Shown in pieces: positions 30,703 through 42,648 of a stretch of DNA of 64,000 nucleotides. The stretch is from Eledone cirrhosa (taxonomy: Eukaryota): the NCBI GenBank assembly GCA_964016885.1, contig OZ024742.1, positions 159,712,001-159,776,000 on the forward strand. Reading direction: 5' to 3'. The translations under genes and the position numbers were made by a program. The notes under the pieces were generated by a model that worked only from the letters and a program-made list of their open reading frames with translations, searched no databases and was not told the DNA's origin. Position 1 is the stretch's first letter. Every line of letters begins with the position of its first letter.

Positions 30703-32029
30703 GTCAGTCTATGCATTTTCTTTTTATCTTTTAATTTTCTTTTCAACGTATTGTAGTTCAGCCCCAAGTCAGCCAAACTAATTATTATCAGGGCATTGCA
30801 ATCATCTTCATTATACAAAGTTTGTTTGTTTTTTTTTGTGATAAGATTTTAGAGTTTTGTATAAAAGAAGTTTCACTGCTATTTCTAGCCAGCCATAAAT
30901 ATCCCCTTCTTGCACTGTCTTTTTAGATTATTTGTTAACTCCTGTAGTATGTTTGTTCCTGTAGATTTTGTAAATGCATGTGCATGGAATGAAAACCTGC
31001 ATGTCTTGTCATGTAATATTTCTTGCTTTTAACAGTCATGTGTATGATTAAGGTTAAAAAGTAAACTTTTGGTAAACCAAGTTTACAACTCCATTTAAAT
31101 TCTTGTGTGAAGCTATTCTTCTTTAATGATTTCTAACTATTACAGCCATCACTTGCAATCAAGTATGACTTGGTAGTATATACTATGCTTTCACTAAGTA
31201 TTTTAGATTCCCATGCAGCTGTGAGCAGGATTAGACACCCTCTCAGCCCTCCCTCCTTTGATCCAGTGGAACATCCAGAATATAACATGTCGAAGGAGAG
31301 AGAGGGCTGCACCAGCACTTAGCAGATACCTTCTTTATTGACCGTGAAAGAACGACAGCAAAGTGGATCTGAGCAGATTTTGAACTAAGATTGCAAAGAC
31401 CTGGAACTAATATCCAACATTTAAATAACTCTGCCCAATCAAACATATTGATAATTTCTAACATAGTATATTATATCAAGCCCCTGATCAGAGCATAAAA
31501 TCCTGCTTGCACAAGTTTGCTTCATTCCTAGTTATTTCTTGATTGAGTCATTAGTGGTAAGAAAGTGTCCAGAGGTAAGGAACAGTCAGTTAAATCAATC
31601 CCAGTGAACACTAAATGCAATATTCAAATAATAGAGGCTGAATGATTATGAAAAGCTTCTTCACTGGCTTTTGTGTTAATCATGGGTGTAATGTTAAATA
31701 ATATGTCATGTTTTTCAGTTTGACACAAGTAACATCATTTTCATGTATTTTTAAAAGGAACTATTCTATCCAGAACTGTCACTGGTGTCTTATTTTCTGC
31801 TAACTGCGCTTTGGGAGGAATGTGTTATTTATTCTTTATTTTCCTTTTATAACCTCTCTAAGGATCCTCCACAACTAGTCTGATTAACCTGGAGACTAGC
31901 AAGAACTAATGGTATCAATGTATAGTTACAAAGATATAAACCATTTATATATTTATGTAGTGTAAAATACCTAATGATGTAATGTGCATTACTTAATGGT
32001 GTAGTGCAAAGAACTTAATGTTTTTATGT

Positions 32030-32690
32030 CTGTTTTTACACGTTTGCATGGGTTGGATGGTTCCTTTTCAGCACAGCATCTCTACACTCATTACATTCCT
32101 TCATCATCTCCTCTGAGAGTCTCAGTGATTTGAGGTCAGCTCTCAACCTCTGCCTAAATTTTTCTTGGTCTACCTCTACTGCAGCTTCCTTCCACTGGAA
32201 TTTCCTGGTACTTCTTCACCCAGTGATCATCTTCCATGTGCATCACATATCTATACCATCATCATCATCATCATACATCCACTTTTCCCTGCTTGCAAGG
32301 GTGGGACAGCTCCTCTTCAGCACAGCATCTCTCCATTCGTCACAGTCCTTCATCATCTCTACTGTGAGCTTCAGCCATCTGAGGTCAGCTCTCACCACCT
32401 CCGCCCATATTTTTCGTGGTCTTCCTCTACTCTGTCTTCTTTCCACCAGGATTTCTTGGTACTTCTTCACCTAGTGGTCATCATCCATGTGCATCACATG
32501 ACCATACCAATGCAGTCATCTCTCCTGCACACTACAGTTTATTCCTCTTATACACAGTTTCACTTTCAACTCATTCAAGCTTGGTCATTCACACATTTTG
32601 ACATTGCACATCCATTGTAGCATGCTTGCTTCATTTCTCTCTAACCTTTGTATATCCTCCACAGTTGTTGCCCATGTCTCACCAATGGTA
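32030..32690 (-). mobile_element. Two nested RTE-like 3' end fragments
   Basis: QSRGRPRKIWAEVVRADL...WRDAV followed by a (GAT)n tail. A similar piece lies at 8600-8880(+). Confidence 0.7.
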
Positions 32691-33254
32691 TAATATTTAA
32701 TATCTTAGTGGAGGAGTACTTGATATAGTAAGAAAGCCATCTTAAAAGTGGTTCTGATTTTAATAACAACTCTCATTCGTATGCTTTTTGTATTGAAAAT
32801 AAGGGTTTTGTTTGAAAGCTCCCACAATATGAATTGGACAGTAAATATTAAAAATGTGGTAAAAAGGAGGTTGGGCTATAGGTCTTTATATTTTGGGTTA
32901 AAATCCCTTTATCCAAATGTTAATAGAGGAAACTGGATTGGAGATTTATATTTTTGTCATTCTTAAGCAGCCATTTTCTGAAATTTGAAATAGGTTTTTT
33001 TTTTCTTTCAACGCTGGAAGTAGTGAATGGATCACTTAATATCTGATCTAATCTATGTTCTAATCTAAGCTATTGTACCATTTTTGAAATTTAATGAAGT
33101 GTTGAACTGTGTATGTCAGTTTAAGCCATTTGTTGAGTTATAGTTTGTTTTTTATTTGGTGTTTCAGTTAGGCTATTATTATTTCACCAGGGAACATTTT
33201 CAAAAACATTTTTAGTTTTCTTATCTTTTGCTTTTTATAATTGTTCCTTCCTAA

Positions 33255-34025
33255 TTTGATGGTGCTGAGTTCAGAAATACTCAGAAATTTTCTATCACAT
33301 TAATTTTTTTTTGTTAAACAGGAATTCATTTTTTACCCAAAAAAGTCAATTTTACCATCAAATGCAAGACACTAGCACAAGTCAAAAAATAATTACTATT
33401 GTTTAACAACTATATTACGCAAAACATATATTCAAGCCAAAAGTAAGCAAATGCAGGTTTGTGATGACAATGTTCCATAAAGAGCACACATACTATGAAG
33501 TTCTTTCTACAGTTCTTTGATATGCTTGACAAAAAGTGGTCTATGTGACCTCATAGTTACAACATTAACAGTGCATTTAAAATACCAATTTTCATTTAGA
33601 AATAGTTAAACTTTCAACAAAACATGCCTCACCTGGTTTGCAATGATAGTCACATTATGATAGTCACACTAAACACAATGTGGAAACATCTGCAGACAAA
33701 TACAGCAAATTCCATAAATATGAGACATGTATAAAGGACATTTCTGTAATCATTTTGACATTTAAAACTGGTTAGATTGAAAATAGTGAAAATTGCTCAA
33801 GTTTGAGGCTTCTTATTTACTGTAGATTCTTAAAACATGACTTTTGTTTTCACTTTTGTAGTTGCATTTACTTTAAATGACATTGAAAAACTATGTTTTC
33901 AAAGTTATGTCAAGCACCATAGATGGACCTTCTTAGAAATGTTGAAAAATGGACATTTGAGTTTGTGAAAAGTCTTGACGTGATACAGCAAAATGGATTT
34001 CATTTTTGAAACCAGCACCCTAAAA
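33255..34025. mobile_element. Possible non-autonomous DNA transposon relic
   Basis: Imperfect inverted ends TTTGATGGTGCTGAGTTCAGAAAT..CTATCAC / GTGATACAG..ATTTTTGAAACCAGCACCCTAAA. No coding remnant seen. Confidence 0.3.
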
Positions 34026-35250
34026 TTACTAGAAAACATGTCTCCAACACCCAACAGCAAAACCCAGGTTCCGCAAAACCCAGGTTCCCCAGTGTTATAG
34101 ATTCCTTTATTCTGAGATTACCACTATTCTTATCCCTGTTTTCTAAATATATACTGTATTTATGATGAGGATGACACCTACCATGGGACCCACAAAACTA
34201 ACCTTTGCTCCAGCAGGGAAAAATGGCCTTAAATCGTTTGGTATTATTCAGTCACAGACTAACTCTTAAAATATTTAATTTAATTACAAGCTCAATAAAT
34301 TCTCCTACATGTGGGTATTGAGCACTCTAACAATATTGTATGTAAAGCCATAACCATATTTATCATTATCTTTATTCCTTCCCTCTCATCCACCTCCCCA
34401 TTTATCCTCAGGTCTCCCTTCTCATCCCAATATCCCGCCTCTGCTCTCATCCTTCTCCTTACCCAACTTCCTTTGCTCCTCCCAATCTCTAATTCTACTC
34501 CTCTCTGATCGTCCCCACTCTTCTCCTTTTCGCTCATCTTCTCTCATCTTCATCTATTCTCCTCCTCTCTTATCCTCTTCCTTTCATCATCTCTCATCTT
34601 CCTCCCCTCTCTTCTCTGCCCCACATCTTCCCCTTGCCTTCTCATCTGCCTCCTTAATTATGTTTAAAATCTATCATTACTATATTTCTCATGTAAGATA
34701 CTGCCTATGATTTTCAAATAATTTTGTAAATAATCAATAAGTTGGAGGGATTTCTCATTATTAAATTGATGTTTGAAACATAACTTAACAAAAGGTCTTA
34801 CATGAAATTATAATGGAAGGTGTTTCAGATGGTTTAAATCAAACTGTTTTGCCTCATAGAACAAGGGGCATTTTCAGGCGGTTTCATATCAGAAGGGTTA
34901 ATATATGCTTTTACATATTGGCATCAGTTATACATGTTTGCTTTCAGTATGTTGCACTCTTTCGGGGTCTTTTATCCTCTTATCTGTGTGGCTCACTATC
35001 TTGAAAATGGGCCTTCATATTTTTTCTAGGGATTCCTTGTTTTTTTTTAAAGTTTTCATTCAGTACTTATCATCCTCATGCACCATATGTCTATACCAAT
35101 ACAATCTTGCACATTGCATATTAAGTTGGTGCATATAATACTCAGAAACTCAGCTTACTTGTTTATGATCCCCTTTTTATGCAGTTTAACATTATACACC
35201 AAATAGACCATGCCTGCTTCATTTTTTCCACCTTCAGCTTCTGCAGACAT

Positions 35251-35445
35251 TACGAGGGTCAGCTGAAGAGTTCATAGGCTGACCAACATACTCTCATGCA
35301 ATGACCAAATGAGGTTTATTTTTCAACATAGAAAGAAACAATCCAGTTATTAATAAGAAGAGTTGAAATTAATGCATGCAAGTTTTCACAGCACTACAAT
35401 CACTCCTGCATTGTCAGCGTATGAACTTTTCAGCCTACACTCATA
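35251..35445. mobile_element. Mariner-derived MITE
   Basis: TACGAGGGTCAGCTGAAGAGTTCATAGGCTGAC / GTCAGCGTATGAACTTTTCAGCCTACACTCATA TIRs. Minus-strand YVEK* transposase terminus. Confidence 0.7.
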
Positions 35446-35843
35446 TACATTCAGTCCCATGTCTCACTGCTATACAGCATCAAAGCTCATCGATATTCTT
35501 CACACAACTTCCGTTTTTTGCATGAAGAGATGAAAATTTATTTTGAAAACATATCATTATCTTGTCTCTGTTTCCAACCAGATAATTTTACTGATGGATC
35601 CCATTCAACAACAATTACAGCTAATCCTCCCTTCACTACAGCTTGTGGAATTCATGTCGTTCCTATATGATTATACACACACACTTTTTCTTACTCTTCT
35701 CTCTCTCTATTAATTTATTTTAAATACACTCTCTCTCTCTCTCTCTTTCTCATATCTAGCTTTGTCTTTCAACCATTGTTTCAAAGATTCATAAAAAAAA
35801 AAAATAAACATATATCTCTATCTTATGATTGTTTCCAAACCAG

Positions 35844-36020
35844 ATAATTCCACTGACAGGCCCCTAACAACAATAATAACAAATACAACACTTATAATGA
35901 ATGAAACTGATAGTAATTATGTAACTTCAAATGTATCAAAGGATGAAAATATCAGTGTATCAACAATAGATGTGAATGATACATTCTCTCAAAGTAATGA
36001 CACTACAAACTATACTTTAG
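35844..36020 (+). CDS. MANSC-domain protein, tandem stalk exon copy 1
   Basis: TTTCCAAACCAG| ... TTTAG|GTTGGT, 177 nt, phase 1-1. Confidence 0.75.
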
Positions 36021-36556
36021 GTTGGTATCTTTATTAATTCAGTAATATATTATCTATCCCTTAATACTCACTTTTGTTAACATATTTCTAATGTAATACA
36101 CTATCTATGGGTTTCAATTTATTTTGTAAATAAGGAAAAAATTTGGAGGAATTTAATAAAACAACTGACTTTATCACTTGTAAGCTGAAGTTTGGAACAT
36201 TGCTTTAAAATGTTTCTTACTTTAGGTTTGTATGGATGTTCCTGCATTCACCAGCTACATTTACAGCAGGGATTTGGTACATTCTGCCACATACACTAAA
36301 GAGATTATCTGTGGCAAGGTTAAACAATTCTCTTTACTCTGCGTCTGTTTATATCTAAACTCACTGTTTTCCTATTTGGGTTGCCTTCATTATGACTTGT
36401 GGAATCTATGTCTCTCCTATATGATTTTACACATACTTTTTTTCCTTTTCTCTCTTCTGTCTCTCTCTTCTAACTTTGCCTTTCAAACATTGTTTCAAAT
36501 ACTCATTAAAAAAGAAGTAAACATATATCTCTATCTTATGTCTGTTTCCAAACCAG

Positions 36557-36751
36557 ATAATTCCACTGACAGGCCCCTTACAACAACAGTAATAACAAAT
36601 ACTACGCTTATAATGAATGAAACTGATAGTCTGAATTATACAAATAATTATGTAACTTCAAATGTATCAAAGGATGAAAATATCAGTGTATCAACAATAG
36701 ATGTGAATGATACATTCTCTCAAAGTAATGACACTACAAACTATACTTTAG
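36557..36751 (+). CDS. MANSC-domain protein, tandem stalk exon copy 2
   Basis: Same splice sites, 195 nt, DNSTDRPLTT...NDTTNYTL. Confidence 0.75.
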
Positions 36752-37983
36752 GTTGGTATCTATTATTAATTCAATAATATATCTATTTATCCCTTAATAC
36801 TCAGGTTAACATATTTCTAATGTAGTACACTATTTATGGGTTTCAATTTATTTTGTAAATAAGGAAAAGATTTGGAGGAATTTAATAAAACAACTGACTT
36901 TATCACTTGTAAGCTGATGTTTGGAACATTGCTTTAAAATGTTTCTTAAATAAAATTATCACAGAAGAACTTAATATAAGGATAACCATTTTATAATGAG
37001 CAATCTTGTCTCATAAAACGGGGGCTGAAAAGCTGAAAGAACCAATTGCACACACACAATCAACTATGCTTTGACCTGAAGTGAGATGGCCACTGTCAGG
37101 CTGAAAATACCTAAGACACACTGCTGTATATCAGGACAGCCTCATTACTGCTTCATCATCTTTTTTTCCTCTTTTAATTTGTCCGCATTGTCTCTGTCGT
37201 TTACATTTCTCACATTTCTTTTACATCTGGATATTCACCAACCACATTTACAGCATCGATTTAGTGCATTCTAATTTTCCAGTCACTAAAATATTGTCTA
37301 CTGCACTGCTAAGCTGATTTTGGAACATTGCTTTAAAATGTTTCTTAAATAAAATTATCACACATGAATTTAATATAAAGATAACCATTTTATAATGAGT
37401 AATTATGTCTCATAAAAGTGTGTTAGTTTAAGAAAGGTTAATAAAAACATACTCACAAACTGGAAAGCTGAAAGAACCAATTGCACACACTATCAACTAT
37501 GCATTGACTGGGAGGTAGATAGGTTCTGTCAAGTTGAAAATACTCCAAACATGCTGCCGTATATCAGGACAGCCTCATTACAACTCATCACCTTTTATTT
37601 CTCTTTTACTTTGTCTGCATTGTCACTGTTCTTTTCATTTCTCACATGGTTTTAAAATCTCGATGCTCCTGCATTCACCAGCTACATTTACAGCAGGGAT
37701 TTGGTGCATTCTGCCACATACACTAAAGAGATTATCTGTGATAAGGCTAAAAAGTTCTCTTTACTCTGCGTCTGTTTATATCTAAACTCACTGTTTTCCT
37801 ATTTGGGTTGCCTTCATTATGACTTGTGGAATCTATGTCTCTCCTATATGATTTTACACATACTTTTTCTCCTTTTCTCTCTTCTGTCTCGCTCTTCTAA
37901 CTTTACCTTTCAACCATTGTTTCAAATACTCATTAAAAAAGAAGTAAACATATATCTCTATCTTATGTCTGTTTCCAAACCAG

Positions 37984-38178
37984 ATAAATCCACTGACAGG
38001 CCCCTTACAACAACAGTAATAACAAATACTACGCTTATAATGAATGAAACTGATAGTCTGAATTATACAAATAATTATGTAACTTCAAATGTATCAAAGG
38101 ATGAAAATATCAGTGTATCAACAATAGATGTGAATGATACATTCTCTCAAAGTAATGACACTACAAACTATACTTTAG
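37984..38178 (+). CDS. MANSC-domain protein, tandem stalk exon copy 3
   Basis: Same splice sites, 195 nt. Confidence 0.75.
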
Positions 38179-38984
38179 GTTGGTATCTATTATTAATTCA
38201 ATAATATATCTATTTATCCCTTAATACTCAGGTTAACATATTTCTAATGTAGTACACTATTTATGGGTTTCAATTTATTTTGTAAATAAGGAAAAGATTT
38301 GGAGGAATTTAATAAAACAACTGACTTTATCACTTGTAAGCTGGTGTTTGGAACATTGCTTTAAAATGTTTCTTAAATAAAATTATCACAGAAGAATTTA
38401 ATATAAGGATAACCATTTTATAATAAGTAATTTTGTCTTATAAAACGGGGGCTGAAAAGCTGAAAGAACCAATTGCACACACACAATCAACTATGCTTTG
38501 ACCTGGAGTGAGATGGCCACTGTCAGGCTGAAAATACCTAAGACACACAGCTATATATCAGGACAGCATCATTACTGCTTCATCACCTTTTTTTCCTCAT
38601 TTAATTTGTCTGCATTATCTCTGTCATTTCCATTTCTCACATTGCTTTTACATCTGAATGCCTCTACATGCACCAACCATATTTACAGCATGGAGTTGGC
38701 ATATTCTATTATGCCACAGTCAATAAAGAGATTATCTACAGCACGGCTATGGAGTTCTCTTTATTCTGCATCTGTTTTTATCAAAAATCACTGTTTTCTT
38801 AGTTGGGTTGCCTTCACTATGACTTGTGGAATCCACATCTCTCCCATATATACTTCCCCCAATTATGTCTCTCTCTCTCTTCTGACTTTCTTTACATCCA
38901 GCTTTGGCTTTCAAACATTGTTTCAAATACTCATTAAAAAAAGAATAAACATATATCTCTATCTTATGTCTGTTTCCAAACCAG

Positions 38985-39176
38985 ATAATTCCACTGACAG
39001 ACCCCTTACAACAACAATAACAGATGCTACACTTATAATGAATAAAACTGTTAGTCTGAATTATACAAATAATTATGTAACTTCAAATGTATCAAAGGAT
39101 GAAAATATCAGTGTATCAACAATAGATGTGAATGATACATTCTCTCAGAGTAATGACACTACAAACTATACTTTAG
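38985..39176 (+). CDS. MANSC-domain protein, tandem stalk exon copy 4
   Basis: Same splice sites, 192 nt. Confidence 0.75.
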
Positions 39177-39262
39177 GTTGGTAAATTTCTAATTGCTTTC
39201 TATAAAAAAAAATTAAAGTAGAAATCTGATAATACTAAAAGCAAATAGATGGGTGTGATATA

Positions 39263-39437
39263 ATTGTTTCTACTTTTGGCACAAGGCCAGTAATTAGCCA
39301 GTGCATTACTGGTACTTTATTTTATCGACCCCATAAGGATGAAAGGCGGGATTTGAACTCAGATAATAAAGGGCCGTAACTCTTTGCTGCAAAGTATGGC
39401 GTCCGACCCTCTACCGATACTGCCAATCCACCACCCT
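39263..39437 (-). mobile_element. Family 2 SINE with target-site duplication
   Basis: Reverse match to 14883-15070, flanked by direct repeat TGGGTGTGATATA (39250-39262 / 39438-39450). Confidence 0.8.
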
Positions 39438-40365
39438 TGGGTGTGATATAATAATATTAGGTAAGAACCATCTGAACATTGATTATTGATTCTATCAATG
39501 TTAGGCAACCTTACACTTACACTATGCATGGTGTTGCTGTTCCTTGTGTCTGAAGCATGTCTAACTTTTAACATTGTGAAACCACATTAGCAAGTCATTC
39601 TTGAAAAAATACAAAATAACACGATGACTGAAATACATTAATAATTTAAATGTTTCTTTTAGTTTACTGCAAATTTTCATAATGATCTGACAACTAGTAA
39701 AGATACTGTAAACATTTGAATTAAAAAGCTTGTTTTAGGATGTTAAGAGTTAAACATGTCCATTAATATCTAAGGATTGGGTTTATTACTGGTATAACAT
39801 GGCCTCTTTGTCACACTTATATGAAATAAATATAAACACAAAATAAATGAAATTTAATGTGACATACGTTTAAGTTAACTGATGTGAAATACATAAAAAT
39901 ATACATCCTTGTAGTATTACTGGCTCTGCAGTATGGAAATGCCTAAATAGACTAATCTGGTGTTGGATGTGCAAATGTCAATCTTGCAAAATGGGGATAG
40001 TTAAAGGATGTGGACGGTGTGTGACTGCGGCATTGAACCACAGACTACGCAGTACCTCGTGACATGCTGCTGGAACACCCCTGAACAGTATTGGACTTGT
40101 CAGAGTTTAATGAGAAAGGATAGCAGTGTGTTCAGCTGTGGCGGAATCACATCTAGCCAAGCTTTGTACCTGACAAGAAGAAACTGAAATAGCCATTTTC
40201 TTTAGTATGGCATGAATATGTTTGGTGACATAATATGAAATAATAAATAAATGAGCATGTGTTTAGAAACAATGAGTGAAATTTGAAATTTCTGAGAAAA
40301 TTAAGGCTTCATTGAATATTTTGACTATAATAAAATAATCTCAATAATAGGGCTTATAAGCCCCC

Positions 40366-40544
40366 TTAACCCTTTAGCATTTAAACTGGCCGTATCCAGC
40401 CACAATCCTCTCACCTCTCTCTGTTCAAACCAGCCGTAATTGGCTGCTTATACTGATGTTATGGTATTGTTCTCAAAATAAATAGCATCAAAATCATGTA
40501 GATTCAATAATATATATAGAGTAATGTAAATGCTAAAGGATTAA
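40366..40544. mobile_element. piggyBac-type MITE, third copy
   Basis: TTAA|CCCTTTAGCATTTA...TAAATGCTAAAGGA|TTAA. Confidence 0.75.
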
Positions 40545-40940
40545 CAGAAAAATGACAGTAGAACCCATGCCTTTATGCTTGCCAGGCAGTAATGCTGCCA
40601 TTCCACCAAAGTTTCTGCACGGCAAACATTAAGGTGTGGGCTCAGGTACCTCTGGTGCTAATGTCAATTTTTTCATTATATACCTTATTATTGTGACTAT
40701 TTTTCTATGGTCAAAAAATTTGATGATTTAACTTTCTCATGAATTTTAAATGATAAATATTTATAGCAAAACATAGCATGTATTAAAAGATGTAAGGTAA
40801 ATTTAGTGTAGGTTCAACTATTTATGTATTTATGTGAATGGGCTAGACTTATATACTAATGTATTTATATAGTTACATATTTATATACTTATGTATTATT
40901 CATATATTTATTTGTATATTTATGTGTCTATATTTGGGTA

Positions 40941-40976
<36 letters not shown>

Positions 40977-41115
40977 TATTCAATTATATATTATCTATAT
41001 GGTTATGTATTTATATATGTAATGATTTATATATTCATGTATTAATATAATGATGTATTTTATGTATTTATATTTTTATATTATATTTTTTTATGTGTAT
41101 ATATATGAGTATGTA

Positions 41116-41168
<53 letters not shown>

Positions 41169-41219
41169 GCACACATGCACATACATATATATATATATTG
41201 ATATTTATCTTCTTGACAG

Positions 41220-41464
41220 GAGATGAGATGTATGGAGATTCTACTGAGTTACCAAATGCCACTTTCTTCAAGGAAGAATCCAATTCAAAAGATGTAGCAG
41301 ATGACAATACTTCCATAATGTTATCAGTTCTTATTGGAACTTTAGCAGTTGGAACTCTGCTCTTTGTCGCTGTAATTGCTGTGATCAGTAAAAAAGCAAT
41401 TGATGGCTGGCAGAGACGACATTACTCTCGAATAGATTATCTGGTCAATGGCATGTACAACTAA
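41220..41464 (+). CDS. MANSC-domain protein, last exon: TM helix + cytoplasmic tail
   Basis: TCTTGACAG| acceptor, phase 1. TM segment VLIGTLAVGTLLFVAVIAVI. Tail WQRRHYSRIDYLVNGMYN* matches the YSRLDYLING/YTQVDYLINGMY motif of vertebrate MANSC1/C11orf24 (recalled). Confidence 0.9.
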
Positions 41465-41584
41465 GCTGAATTAGGGCATAGACACACCACACACACATAC
41501 ATACATATACACCCATATATATATATATACACACAAGTAAGTTTGTTTTGAAACAGCAAGTGAGTTTGAAATAGAAAATAGAAG

Positions 41585-41760
41585 CTTTCGCCATCATTTT
41601 TTACTAAAGAAATTTTATCCTGATAGTGGAGTTTAGAACCCTCTAAGAAATGGAAAAAGATGAGTATTCATGCCAATACTCATCTTTTTCCATTTCTTGG
41701 AGGGTTTTAAACCTCACAATCAGGCTAAAATTTCTTTAGTAAAAAAAAATATGGCGAAAG
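41585..41760. repeat. Inverted repeat (about 85-bp arms, 6-nt loop) in the presumptive 3'UTR
   Basis: CTTTCGCCAT...AAGAAATGGAAAAAGATGAGTATT-catgcc-AATACTCATCTTTTTCCATTTCTT...ATGGCGAAAG. Confidence 0.92.
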
Positions 41761-42581
41761 TTTTATATATATATATATAAATTCAATAGTACAATGAAGA
41801 CAACATGGAGAAATGCAAGGATGCACCTTTTCATGAGCAAACCCAAAGACTGTGTGCTCTATGTCTTGGATATTTTTAACAAATTATTACTATTATATAT
41901 ATGTGCAAAAATTAAATAGAAATAATAAAGCAAACAACCCAGTACAATGAAGAAATATTTTAGTTTAACACTTGATATAGTAGGAAAAGAATCTTTGTTT
42001 TGAACACTAGTCTTTCATCAGAAAATAGAATGAGAAATAAAACCTGAAATACAAAGATAGAGAGTGAGAGGAGGAAGGAATGGGAAAAAAAAATTTTGAC
42101 AAAAAAAGCACATATTTAGTCAGCCATTTTGGAGGGGGAAAAAATACATACAAACATATATGCACACACACACATGTATATCTCCCCACCCCTCCCTCTC
42201 TCTCTGGTATTATTATTGTGGTGTATTGCCAGAATTATTAGTGTCAGACAAAATGTTTTGCTGCATTTAGTTACTTTCTGAGTTTAAATCCCACTAAGGT
42301 CAACTTTGCCCTTTATCCTTCTGCAGCCGATAAAATAAAGTACCAATAAAGAACTTGGGTTGATATAATCCACACTCCCATTCCTCCAAAATTGCTGGCC
42401 TTGTGCCAATATTAGAAATAATTATTATAAAGATTCTTTCTACAACATTTAGCTTATAAAGTTTTGATAGGTAGAATCTTAGCCGTAAGTCAAAGAATCA
42501 TTATTTTTCTTACATATAGAGTACTAAGTTGAATAATGGTCTTACTGATCTTAACTAGTAAAATCTCATCTCTCTCTATCT

Positions 42582-42648
<67 letters not shown>

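Noticed and set aside
36232-39184. ORFs 36232, 37701 and 38498 as standalone membrane proteins
   Set aside because: Their hydrophobic N-halves are pyrimidine-rich intron read-through; only the AG..GT-bounded parts are called as exons
35640-39185. CRISPR-like or prokaryotic repeat interpretation
   Set aside because: Units are 0.7-1.4 kb exon-intron duplications with no repeat-spacer structure, and the DNA is eukaryotic
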